Shown here: one piece after another, positions 1 to 11,977 of the stretch
How positions within the stretch are numbered: the stretch's first letter is position 1
How the letters are laid out: each line of letters begins with the position of its first letter
NCBI GenBank assembly: GCA_907165135.1
Contig: OU015568.1
Coordinates: 12,214,001 to 12,278,000, forward strand
Reading direction: 5' to 3'
DNA from: Oikopleura dioica
Lineage: Eukaryota; Animalia; Chordata
DNA length: 64,000 nt
The notes under the pieces: generated by a model
Seen by the model: only the letters and a program-made list of their open reading frames with translations
Databases searched by the model: none
What the model was told of the DNA's origin: nothing
Position numbers and translations under genes: made by a program

Positions 1-513
1 TGGCTAGTGCGGTACACATACTTTAGGAGATGTCTGAGAAGGCGGCTGCCAACTTTGATTTTTGTTGTCTGGGCCTACTCTAATGGTGCCCGCTCCAAAA
101 TGGCAAAAATGATAATCAGGCACACACTCAGCCACCACCGATGAAAGGTTGTTTATATAGAAGAATGTACCGAAGAATATTTTCTGCAAATTATTTCCAA
201 GCAATCTCTATTTCAAATACTGCTTCATCAGCGGCAAGAAAATGAAAATAAGATGTCAATGCTGACTATTTCAATTAAATTTTAATGGCAATCAGCAATA
301 AATTGAAATGCCGATTATCTAGGTTAGGTGGACAGATGCTTTTCTGTTTTATTGATATACCCGGCTTGTCTTGGAGAACATTTATTATAATTATGGGCAG
401 ATCCATCATAACCTTGGGAGGATTAAGTGTGCGCGAACTAATTCCAAGATTGAAATCTTCAAATAGAATTAAATTTTTTTCACAAAACAGTTTTTCCTGA
501 TTTTGAAGAAGCC

Positions 514-1245
514 ATGAAGATTTTTCAAATTATATTTTCCTCCTTACAAATCGGATGTTTATCACAGGAGTTCACAGAGCCAGTACTAGAGATATCTTTG
601 GATGAGTCAACTCAGCCCTTTACTGAGAGATCGATGTTACCCTTCACCGATGTTTTTACCGTTCCAGACTTTACCGAGACCATGACGGAAGTAGCAGCTT
701 TCGCAGAGACAACACCAGTGTTTTTCGATCTATCATCGACATCTTCTAGCTCAACGATTACTACAACCTCCCTAACTACAACGACCACTACCACAACGAC
801 CACTACCACAACTACGACTACGACTACGACTACGACCACGACTACCACAACGACTACGACTACGACTACGACTACGACGACAACTACGACCACGACTACG
901 ACGACTACGACAACATCCGCCACCACAACCGAATATATCATCTCCGCCGAAGAAGCCTCCCTCCAAATGATAAACGCTACCTATCAATTTTCCCCCTTTC
1001 TCGATCAGCTTTTCTCCGCAAAAATCTCGACACTTATTCGAGCTCACGGTAAATTCGGAAGAGTCCGACTTTGGTTCGACTGGGGGTTCTGGTACTACAA
1101 CTCTCCCTGTAACGAGCCATCAGTGAGGCCTGCATATTCATACGTCTCACCTATTCTTGACGCGAACAATCCTTGCGAGTCGATAAACATGTATTCTGCA
1201 GCGCTTTATGAGCGGTTCATAAAATTGGCGAAATTAATTATCTAG
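514..1245 (+). CDS. Secreted-type mucin-like protein with poly-Thr tract and a C-terminal Cys/aromatic domain; 3' end may be spliced
   Basis: 243-aa ORF with a short hydrophobic N-terminus (MKIFQIIFSSLQIGCLS), a S/T-rich stalk including 47 consecutive Thr, then WFDWGFWYYNSPCNEPSVRPAYSYVSPILDANNPCES. Confidence 0.7.
   Translation: MKIFQIIFSSLQIGCLSQEFTEPVLEISLDESTQPFTERSMLPFTDVFTVPDFTETMTEVAAFAETTPVFFDLSSTSSSSTITTTSLTTTTTTTTTTTTTTTTTTTTTTTTTTTTTTTTTTTTTTTTTTTTTTTSATTTEYIISAEEASLQMINATYQFSPFLDQLFSAKISTLIRAHGKFGRVRLWFDWGFWYYNSPCNEPSVRPAYSYVSPILDANNPCESINMYSAALYERFIKLAKLII
775..915 (+). repeat. Coding ACN trinucleotide repeat (poly-Thr, 47 codons)
   Basis: Run of act/acg/acc/aca codons read directly, in frame with the 514 ATG. 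Confidence 0.95.
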
Positions 1246-4200
1246 TAATGGCAAATTTCATGAACTATAAAAGTCATTTTTCGCTGATTACGCGTGTTAC
1301 GATATTCCCTTGGAGAAATCTCATCGAGCAAGACAAACTATCAATTCTTACCAGGCGAAGAAACAAGAAGCGGACCACTTTTTCGCCTTCCTACGTCGGC
1401 TTTTAAAATGTTAAAACGTTCGACTTTTAGATTTCTGAAGAATATATAATCGCTTGTTCAAAGAGAGGTTACTTTCATTTCCTGGGAAAAACTTTGTGTT
1501 TCTAAGAAACTAAGGCCTTTCCGTCTTTATCTTCCTGAAAAGAAGGCTGGCAAAAGAATTGTGATTTTAGGATCTTCATTGAGCCCAAGTGGCCGAATAA
1601 TACAAAATCCTCGCCTCTCGCCTCGGCGCCTGTAATTACTGCTTCCTCTTTTCATCCCTTTCGCAATGCGAGACAAGTTGCTCGAGAGGCGTCTAATCCC
1701 CATTGCCCACAGAAAATCTCAAAAATTTTCAAAACGCCCAAATTGAAGATTGCAGCAAGTGTTTGATTTCACTGCTAAGGGTGGTTATCGCGCAAAACTA
1801 CAAATCCCAAAAATAAACGAGCAAAAATGCACAGCTTTTCGCGCCGAACAAGTAAATATTTGGAGCAGGAGAATTGAGCATGACATGTTTCAAATGGGGA
1901 CTGATAAGGGTTTGAGCACTGATAAAGGAAAGGTAGCCTTAGCATCTTATAAAGTCATATTCTTCATTATCTTGCTCGAAACGAAAGGAACAGCTTGAAA
2001 GAGTGATTCCAGTCCGAGTCCATCCATAATATTCCAATTATCTCGCTCGAGTGGAAGCCCCTTTATGAAAACAATTATTTTTTTATTGTCCGAATCGCCA
2101 AAATCGATGCATTTTCAGATTCCTGCTGCGTGCTCATCCGTTTTCCTCCCCTTTCTCCCACGAAAAGCACACATTCAATCGATCAAAAAATGTAAAAATT
2201 TACATAATGCGACACTATAAACCTTTGAGTATCATTTTGATTTCGCTGCGGCGGAATCTCGAGCCCAGATTCAGATCGGTTGCATAATCCCACGAAAGGC
2301 GAAAATTTCGATTTCAAAAAATTTTGAACTGCAGCTTTGAAATATTTGAATATTTCTCGACGAAACCGCAAAGATGACAACAAAAATGCAATTCAAAATA
2401 TGTTTCCGATTTTTGACATTTTCGGAGCAAACTTTGAAAACAATAAAGTTGGTTTTTCAAAGAAAATAATTACTTCGCAAACCCATTTTTTCAGAAATAA
2501 AATGGTAATTCAAATTAATCAAAATCAGCCGAGCAATTAATTGAGAGGAAGTTCCGATTCTTAAATTTCCTTCATTCCAAAAAACAAGGCCATTTCCTCT
2601 CAGCTGCAGTCATATTTTTCTTTCAGCGAAAATCCCTTTTTCTTGCCAAAAAATTTCCTGCCTAGTATTTAGAGCGCAAGGTGCAATCGACAAGAGCATT
2701 CTACTAGAGAGCGGCTAATTTGCACTTTTTGAAAATAAACAGGTGCCTTCTTGCAAGTTTTATTGGCTTCAAGAATCGGGGATCAGAGCTTTGAGGGCAG
2801 GTGTAGGTAAGGTGCAAGAAATCGCGCGATTCTAGGCCATAAACGCCAAGCAAAGTCGGGAAAATGAAAAAGCGGCGCCGATGAACCTGCTGATATCAGT
2901 TCTATTATTTTTATCAGAAGCGTAAAGCGTGAACGGGCGAACGATTGAAACTGCCGTGGCACCTGTCAGGTACTCTTCAAAGCCTAATTGATCGCTAATT
3001 TTAGAATTCGCGCCTTATCGCCCTTGTAGAATAAATTGCCCAGTTCAAAGGCGAAGTCCGAGGAAATGGCGATAATTTTCGAACGACGATGGACATTTTT
3101 GAGGTCAATTCAAAATTTCAAAGGATTTTCGAGCTTTCCTTTTTTAGATACTGTTTTTAGACACCAAGATTTTGAAGGGTTGAGAAGAGTTCGATATTCG
3201 AACTTTTTCTTGAAGTGAGGAAAAGTCACGCGCGGTCGAGAGAGAAGATCCGGTTGTGGATGTGGTTAGTTTATGGTTAGTATTGGCAGGATAATAGAGG
3301 CGGCGCTGACGATGAAAGCCTTTTCGCCTGTTTTCACAACAGCCCAAAACTTCCGTCAAAGATCTCTGTTGAGTCTCTTCCAACAGATGTTCCCCGGCTC
3401 GGAAATCGAAATAACAAAAATTAAAAGGACAAAGGGGATTATTTTCATTCTATCTTTTACCACCCATTTTTTGACTTTTTCCAACTTGGCAAAAGAAATA
3501 AAGAATTGCTGAACGAAAAAAATTAGTCGTGAACGGATTTGTTCGGGAAAGAAAGAAGATTTTAATGGAAAAATTTGAATCCTGATTTTGGCGATTTGTC
3601 AAACTCTCGCCACTAAAATGACTTCTGAATAAGTGGCTGTGCTTTGTTCATCCCCGCGGCCGCCCTTGAGATGCAAATGAAAATGAAAATCTCAGGATCC
3701 CTCCCTGAATTTGTGCACAATCGAATTTGGCGTTAGTGGATCATACAGATGAGCTCGTAAATGACGCCGCTTTGAGCCGAAATGGGATCAGTGCTGAGCT
3801 CACAGTGGGTGCTGACTTGGGTGAAAAATGCGCGAGATTTGAAAATGAGCGGTGGGCGGCTTTGAAATGGCGAAATTTACAAGCTACGCGAATGAGGTAC
3901 GTTAAATAAGCGGCTTTTGATCGTACTGATTCTATTAGCTCGTAGATCGTTTCTGAGATTCATCTGAGAAGAGTTTCTAATTTGGTAATAGGCCGCAGTT
4001 ATTTTAGAGTATTTTCCAGCTCTGGGGATGATCTCTCGAGGAAGCAGCATTCTTCTCAAGTAGACTTAGCATTTCGATCAGCATTTAGCAGCCGTTTGGC
4101 AACTCCTGGCGTAAATATTTGGGCACAAGGAGGCTGAGAAGGATCAGTCGCGATGGTGGGAAAGATAGCACAAAAGAAACAAGCGCCAAAAAACCATAAG

Positions 4201-5058
4201 ACTGACCGAGCGGTGTGGAACAGCTTGTCCACTTTGGCTTTTCATCCGACTATCCAGTTTCAACATGGGAACAAAGGGGCTTCAAGGGGATTTTCGTCAG
4301 GGTGAAGTTCCACATACGATTTGACGAGCTTTGAAGATCAATTAGCGAATTCGACGCGGTCATGGGAGAATTGGGTTAATAACTTTTTGCTACTTGTTTT
4401 TTTTTTTAATTATCGATTATTATTTCGAATATCAGAGCTGCGTCACGACCAGCTTTTAGGCGGAAAAAAGATGGTCCAATTTGAGTTTTTTCTTATCTAA
4501 CCCGGCTTTTTATCAGCTCAAAAACATATGGCTGGGCTAAGTGACTCGGGAAAAATGCGGAGAGCGGCTTATCCCCGTCGTCGGTTTCGCCGGAATCTAT
4601 TATCGGAGAGTCTTCTTTTGGATATTTGATGCATCTTTGGCCGCTCGTCTGATAACCACAGGTGCCTCTTTGATCGAGCTCGGCTAGATAGCAAATTGAA
4701 GTTCCAAAGGGCTGCCCATGGACCTTGCAAGCGACGATCACGTGACCTCAAAGAGCAGCAGCGGCCAGCGCGTTGAGCACCTGCATCAGAAAAATAGAAG
4801 AAACAACAAGGGCGAACTTTCCATAAACAACCCTTCGATGCTTTTCGAGGTTTAGAGGGGTGATCGCGTGGACAATTCAAGCCGCACCTGGCTCGTAGAA
4901 GAGATATCATCTTCAAATTGTTTTGAACCGGTTTATGGTCGGCTTTTGAGTACTTTTGTGTTGAGATTTTGAGGGATATCACGATAGCTTAGAAAAATCG
5001 TTACTGACGGCCTTACTGCTCATTCATTTGCTGGTTATTTGCAGCTGATACTTCCGGC

Positions 5059-5516
5059 TAATCCTCCTTTACTTTTTCTAGCGCCAGCTACTTAATATCA
5101 CGTGTTCACGATCCCTAATCCATCCTGTGCATCTTGTCCGACATCCGGAAATCGAGGCACTTTCTCATATCGAGCAATGCACGATTTAATCCCTCGATTT
5201 AGGAATTTCTAGCAAATCTTCTCCAGCCGCGAAAAAATATTCCCTGCGCTCTTTTGCGGGCTCTGCTCCCCTTGATCCGGCTAATCCAGACGAAAATGTT
5301 CTTTGGGGCACAAAACACGCTGCTAGGGATTAGGATTTTCCACGGGAAAGGGGTCGAAAACGACACTAGAAAAGAACTCGACTAGAAAATTGTCGAGTTA
5401 ATTTTCAAAAACGACCAGCACCGGGCACTTTGGCCCTCCTTAGGCCGAGATTGAGTACCTCAATCATCGCGTGCCTGTTCCATAAAGCTGAGTAAGCATG
5501 TTAAATTGGAGGATTA
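5059..5516. promoter_or_regulatory. Candidate enhancer: homotypic TAATCC/GGATTA (K50 homeodomain, Otx/Pitx/Gsc-type) cluster with E-box
   Basis: TAATCC at 5059, 5116, 5187, 5282; GGATTA at 5327, 5511; CACGTG at 5099. No coding signal in the interval. Confidence 0.45.
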
Positions 5517-6364
5517 ACAGACGAAGCTTGTTTTTGCATTTATTTTCGAATAACTTACTCGATCGGAAAATTAGTTTGTTTTTCGAAAAATCGAAGACCA
5601 ACACCCTCAGAAGCTTAATTTTGCCCTGATGGGTTAATTTTATTGAGTCGTTTTTTATCGGCCGTGTCAACATGAAGCCACTTTGTACTCCAAAATTATC
5701 AACTAAATGGTTATTATTACCCCGCTTCCCTTTTTGATTATTTAGGCCATCACTCTCATTGAAGCTGGGTCACGTGGCTAGCGGTCAAACATCAGTTCAG
5801 TGGTGCCCACCGTGTGCCTAAGTGGGCAGTAATAGGCTTTGTGCTTGACGCACCAGATCCATCACTTTTGAAGTCTAAATTTTCAAAACTTCAAAAAAGT
5901 AAAATTTTTTGTTTCCAAAGTAAAATGATCGATAATTGACCACGGGGCCATTTTTCGAGTGGCCATTTTAAGAACTTGCCTTGTTGATCGAAACTCGGAT
6001 ATGATCGAAAGGACTCGTTGTGATTGGAAAGCAGCCAGGAGGTGGCTAAGTTGATATATTTTGTTTGTAGTGCACCTGACAAGCTAAATCCGCTGCGATA
6101 AGTGAGTTACGCGTCTGCATTCTTTTCATCAAACTTTAATTTACGATGTTGACACCCTTAAATTTCCAGTCCAAAAGATTCAAAGTTTGAATTGACTCCG
6201 GATTTCCCCCGTTCATCCCCTTTTGCGGGGCGATTTGCGGCTTCCAAGAAAGGTGTCATCACGTGACCGCGCATCTTTGAGCTACACTAATGCACATAAA
6301 ATAAAACAGCTAATCCAGCAGTCGATGCAACCAGTGCGCACGTTTGATGTTCCTTAATCCCCAA

Positions 6365-6384
6365 CAACGAAAATATTTTCGTTG
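6365..6384. repeat. Perfect 20-bp palindrome CAACGAAAATATTTTCGTTG
   Basis: Read directly; the two 10-bp halves are exact reverse complements. Confidence 0.9.
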
Positions 6385-8981
6385 CGGATTGGATAACGAT
6401 GCCCCAGCGTGCGTCTAGGATTTCTAGCAATTTTCGACTTGCTCGAAAATGATCAAAGAAGTTAACTCTTCAGCTTTTTTGACTGAAATTTCGGCCTTCA
6501 GTTTTCGAAAATTAGATCTTTTTAAAAGACACTTCATAAATTCTCCGTTTATCAAGATTCTTCCATAGCATGGCTTGAAGATGGCACCAGTAGTGTGAAA
6601 GTAAGGTTAACACCAGATAAGCCGTATTAGTAGATGCGATGATGTAGCGATAAATGCGTGAAAGTCTAAACAGGTGCACCCAAGGGGTAAATATTTAGGC
6701 CAAGGTTAGGGAGAAAATTTGTCGCCCGAATATTGAGGCTCTTTTTTGTCGGAGTAATATTCGTGGATTTCGATCAAAACCCCTAGAACCTGCCTTTCCA
6801 GCTTTCTGGGAGTCGCATTTTACCTTTGATATCGAAGCTGGCTTCAGGTTGCCGAGGTTGTCGAGGTCGCTTTCAATTCGCCGATTTGGGGAAATTCCGA
6901 CGGGAACCCGGAAGAGCGATTCCATCTGGGAAATCTCGTTTCTTCTTGAGATAATTTCAAGAATTCGCAATTTCGCGGGCAATTTCAAACATCGTAGCCC
7001 CTGTGATTGAAAGATACGATCATACCATAATGTTCCGGAAGTAAATCGACCAGAAACGAAGAAAAAGAAGGAGCTGTTTCATACTTTGCCGTGATATTGC
7101 CCGTGACGGAGGGGAAGATTCCGGATGTGATTGTAATTTGGAGATTTTCATCGTAAAATCAACACTGGAAAGATTTTACTATTCAATGTAGAAACGAAGG
7201 GAAAAGATGATTTACAATGTAAATTTTTATATTTTGAATCGAAATTTTGGACAGTAAGACTGTCGATAAAGACGCACTGAAAAGATTTCAGCGCATTTCA
7301 AATTCAATTTCATACCTCATCTGCTACATCTTTCATTTTGACATGAATTTTGATAAGTGACAGTTTCGTAAAAACATTATCCAAGAGGCATCCTTCCGTT
7401 CCCACCAGGTAATCTTCATGGCCCTGCACATGAACTTTTATGCAACAAAGATTGAGTCGAATTTTTTTCCCGGCTGAGTGCGGAACTCCTCGCTAATAGC
7501 TCAAAAAGGTCAAATTTGACACTTGACGTCTGAAACCGGTGCCGGAAGGGGAAATTTGTCGAGCAAATAAACTAATAAACAGTTTTCATTCAGAGTAGGT
7601 TAGGCTATCTTCGGAGATTTACAATCTGGGAGTGATCGATGCAGGCGAATCTTTTCGATGACCTTTTAATCGACGACTTCCTTAGATTTCTTATAAAAAG
7701 GGATGGAAAAGAATAGATTCGAGAAAATGATATAAGAAAAAAAAGGCTAAAAAAGCTAAACAGTTAATTTTTAAAGCAATTTTGGATTGACTTTTGCTGT
7801 TATTTCAAATTAATAGAATGTAAATCAAGCGAAGGCAGATCAGATTGGGCACACACAGGGTTAATCAATTCTCTTAATTTCTCTCCGGGGCCTTATGGGG
7901 AGACATTCCCATTCTATTTCTTTTCTAAGTTTTTTAATCTCTCAAATTGGTAAAAATGGAAAAAATAAGATGACAGGGGTGCAAATGAATATTAATGTGT
8001 GATGAGAAAAGAAGTGAAAAAATATGGAGTCGAGAGAAAAGTGTGACTTCTGTTCGACACGCCTGAAGCAGGGTTGAAAGAATTATTCTACTTCAAGAGA
8101 TTGGATAATTATCGGGTCAGTAGGTATTCAGACTGTTGAAGAATATGCGATTATGATCGACCACTAATTCAATTTTTATGGATGTTTATAATCAATACCC
8201 TGTGTGCCTAAAGCTTTAAGGCGATGTAGGGTTAGAACAGTTTTTTTTCTAATGAAAAGGATGAACGAAATCTATAAGGTACCAAGAAAGATTGATAGAG
8301 AAAATTCTTTGACGCGAGTTTAAGGAGACCCCTACGAGGATAAATTGTCATTTGGCGCGAGATTTGGGCACACGCACGTGTTCAACGCCAATATTTCCGT
8401 TCGATCATCGACCCGGGCAGTCGAGCTAGGAGGGTAACGAATTATGGCCGCGTTATGGCGAATTAAGAGTCGGTTAATTAGCCAACGGAAAACGGACAGC
8501 CCATATGCCCGTAGTGGATAATCCAATTCAAAATTGACAACAAAAAGGCCTGATTTTTGCGGAATTGTGATTCGATTCGTTTTTACTACTGCATTTTGGG
8601 GTTAAAACTAACATTTTTCCGGGCATTTTTTTTAATGATATTATTGAATTATTATCAAATATTGAAATAAAAGCAGTCCTAAATTTTATTGTGAACAAGT
8701 CTGTCATAACAACCTTGCCCGTTTTTCATTCGTCAAAAAGTGATGAAGTTGCGCTTTAAAAATTCATTTTTCCAATGATGATCCAAAGTCGTGGAGCATC
8801 TGTTGAGGCGCGTCGTCTGCTTATGCGGCGCCTATTAAATAATATTAAATAACAAAAGAACGAACGCTCGTCTTAGCTTTATGATTCCCTCGATACTCGG
8901 AAAACGTGTGAAGAATTTCTTTCAGGAGCTGCCACATCACCACCAACGCCAAAGTTGAAAGCACCTTTTTTTCAAGACACA

Positions 8982-9550
8982 ATGCCGGTGAAATGGGTAG
9001 AAATGTTCAAGTTCAAGAAACAGATGGACAAAGAGATAGAGGATGCAGAAGCAGAGCGACTAAATCCGGATATTGATATTTATTCAGCAGGTTTGAATTT
9101 TGAATTTTTTCCTGCCCAAAATTGTATTGGGGCTCAATTTCAAATTTACAAAAAATGAAAAAAAAATTCGTGATTAAAAATAACTCGCTAAGTGAGTCCC
9201 CTCGCCAGCCCCGCCTCATCTGACATTCGCTTAGAAGAAATCGACCCCGACTGGTGGAATGCGAATGCACACTGGGCGATCGCTGCCATTGCTGGAATCA
9301 TGCTTCTTCTTTCTGTTTTTGTAAGTAGCAGTCCTCCGCGGCGCTAGAAAAAATAACCTTGCGCCGCGCGAAAACATTTAATAGCGCTTATCTACAGCTA
9401 AACTTAGCCCCGTTTCGTCATAAACCTAATAATAGCTAAAAATAGGTGACCCTTGGCTGCCTGTATTACTTGTACAGAAGAGATCGCGAAAGTGGGGACC
9501 ACTCTTTTCAACTTCCGCTGGATGTTGTCTGCGAGCAGGACGATGACTGA
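8982..9550 (+). CDS. Small single-pass membrane protein A (99 aa, 3 exons: 8982-9090, 9235-9320, 9446-9550)
   Basis: Canonical GT-AG junctions give a 300-nt open frame: MPVKWVEMFKFKKQMDKEIEDAEAERLNPDIDIYSAEEIDPDWWNANAHWAIAAIAGIMLLLSVFVTLGCLYYLYRRDRESGDHSFQLPLDVVCEQDDD*. One hydrophobic helix is followed by RRDR. Confidence 0.7.
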
Positions 9551-9914
9551 CCGAAGATTACTACTACTATTATTATTATTCTGTATAAATTCGTATTTAG
9601 CGGACATTCGATGAAACTGCCCGAAGCCGTACTGTAATAAAATCATTTTAAAGACGCGAGAAAAAAAGATTCTTCAATGAAAAAAATCCTCCCAGTTGTA
9701 GTACAGGTTTCGATTCCATGTTTTAGATAAAATGATTAAATGACCCATTAATCAAAAAACTAGATTCATGCTGGCTGACGGGTGGTCATAATTTAAGCTC
9801 GCTTAGAATTGTGCATTGTATTAAAATTTGATCACTTCGACATGTTCCATCGGCAGCGGTTGTAAATAATTCACAACTCATATCGCATCGTGTCGTATAT
9901 AATTTGATATAAAG

Positions 9915-10500
9915 AGGATCCTGTGCTACTAATTCCTCAGTTTCGGCGCCTTGTGGTGCCTTAATTATTCATAGCATCGTGAAAAGCAACCGGGATCCAT
10001 TCAGCGCCGAGAAAAGTATTTAACTCTGAATTTTTAACCCACTGGTCAGCTGAAAAAAGAGAATGGTTGAAAATAGACTTGCAATATTCATGATTCCCGA
10101 AAAAAGGATTCATCGGAAAATATCATATTATATGATATCATATTATATGATTCATATATCGCCATAAATATGCATCAAAAAGTTTTAAGGGTTTCCTTCT
10201 CTATATCGTTATTTTTCAAATTGGATGGGGATACCCTTAATTCGCCGAATGAGGCATCGAAATTGCTCTTTTCAGGAAAATCATGTAGTTATCCTGAATA
10301 TTTTAGACGAAAGTCTGTTAAAAGCTTTTAATAAAATTTGGCAAATCAATATTCGCGGACAGAAGAAGTTCGATTTTAACCGTGCTCATAAAATCTTTGA
10401 AGAGAAAAAAAGTTCAAAACCATTTGAAGAGGGATACAGTAATCCTGAGCGGTGGGCTCTTTTATCACCAGTAAAAAAAGACGCGGCGCGCGGAAAATAA
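9915..10500 (+). pseudogene. Possible discoidin/F5-8 type C-like coding remnant with an apparent frameshift
   Basis: HSIVKSNRDPFSAEK and VFNSEFLTHWSAEKREWLKIDLQ join if the A4 run at 10012-10015 loses one A. Downstream FKLDGD...LFSGKS resembles the yS.DG..w...F.Gn part of the domain. Resemblance judged by eye. Confidence 0.3.
10120..10149. repeat. Tandem duplication 2 x 15 bp (ATATCATATTATATG)
   Basis: Read directly. Confidence 0.85.
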
Positions 10501-11603
10501 TTCTGTTGAAGAGGAGCGGGGATTTACGCGGGTCGATTATGGCTGCCTTGAAGGGATGAAGAGCTCGGGGAGCAACTCTCCAGAGGCTCGTTCTCCTTGA
10601 AGAGCCCGCGGCGCGTTCCCCTGTCGCCCCAAAAAAATTATCGCGAAAGGACGAATCTCGAGAAGAGTAAAAAAGTGAAGATACACGCCCGGGGGCAGAA
10701 TTCGCAGAAGAAGACAAAGAGCCACTGCTGCATGCGCTCCAGGGCAAAACACTTCAACGTCAATTAGAATCGCGATAGAGAAATCTTTTCCTACGAGAAT
10801 CTTCCTCGACTGAAATTATTAATAAATCTCTAGTAGGAGAATACTACAACAAGAGGTGAGTGGTGATTTAAATTTTGATCGGTCTCGCATACAGTAAGAA
10901 AGATTTTTTTAATCAGGGCACTGGCTGCGGCTTTATTTTGCGGCTTTTCGAATTTGAAAACAAGCAAGTTGACAATTCATTTGCAGTAGTTCGACCGGAT
11001 TATAACCATGATCTTCGGCCTTGGGGTCAAAATATAGCTGGTTCGATTTCGGAGCGAACTTTTTATAGGGATTTGCAACTTTTCGCGCTGACCTACTTCG
11101 CCGATTTCCTTTGTTTCGAACTTTACGGCTCTATTTCCGGGTATTTTCAGCTTCCGAAAATAGAAAAAATCGAACTTCGAAGCTAAAAAATGAACTTTTT
11201 TAAAGTAAAATTAAATGACTTCATCACTTTATAATCTAGTATGGCTTATCCAGCTTGGAGTAACTAGCAGTCGCGCCTAGCAAATTATAAGCCTTACCTT
11301 TGGGCAACTTGGGAACATTCCCAACTACTGTGGAGAATTCGATAGGTTATGAAACAATTTCATATGGTCAAAATTTTCAGAGGGCGATTTTTAAAGAGCA
11401 ATTAGGCCACAAGTTGATACTGTAAAATAAAATGGGGATGTAATCTGGCGGGCCATATACTGTCCCATCGAGTAATTGCTAAAATTAAGTTTGTCCGTTT
11501 TAGGGGCGAAAAAGGTGAATAAATCTGCGACTGATCCTCTTCTGAGCTTCAACGGATTACTGAAAACACACGAATCTCATAAAAAAATATCGAGAAAAAC
11601 AGA

Positions 11604-11977
11604 ATGACGAGCACAGAGGGATTGTATATCAGACACTCGGACATGCAGCCCGGCTTTTATCAAGCCAATGGCTTTTGGTAAGTACCTTTTGATAACCTAT
11701 ATTTCCCATATGGAGCCACTTTGAACCCTTTCGTCAAATAACAAAATTTGAAGAGAGCTAAATTTGAATTTCAGGATGCTGCCGGCTTTATTCCTCCTAA
11801 TCTGCATCAGCGTATTCGCCGTCATACGGATCTGGGTAGGAAATAAATATTATCTTTTGCTCAGATGTTAACATGCTTTAGACATATTTATATGAATATT
11901 ATATGAACAAAAGAAGTCGTCGAACGCGCAATCCTGCTGAAAGATGGTCCCTCCATTCGCCGTCGCCAAACATTTAA
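11604..11977 (+). CDS. Small single-pass membrane protein B (76 aa, 3 exons: 11604-11677, 11775-11835, 11882-11977)
   Basis: GT-AG introns of 97 and 46 nt give a 231-nt frame: MTSTEGLYIRHSDMQPGFYQANGFWMLPALFLLICISVFAVIRIWTYLYEYYMNKRSRRTRNPAERWSLHSPSPNI*. Hydrophobic helix then basic KRSRRTR. Confidence 0.65.

Noticed and set aside
4-500. Short ORFs at the window start
   Set aside because: Possibly exons of a gene running off the window, but frame and identity cannot be supported.
612-1047. Minus-strand poly-Val and Arg/Ser-rich ORFs
   Set aside because: Antisense shadows of the poly-Thr codon repeat.
4926-4933. Perfect Grainyhead site AACCGGTT
   Set aside because: Single 8-mer over 20 kb from GRHL; expected by chance in a window this size.
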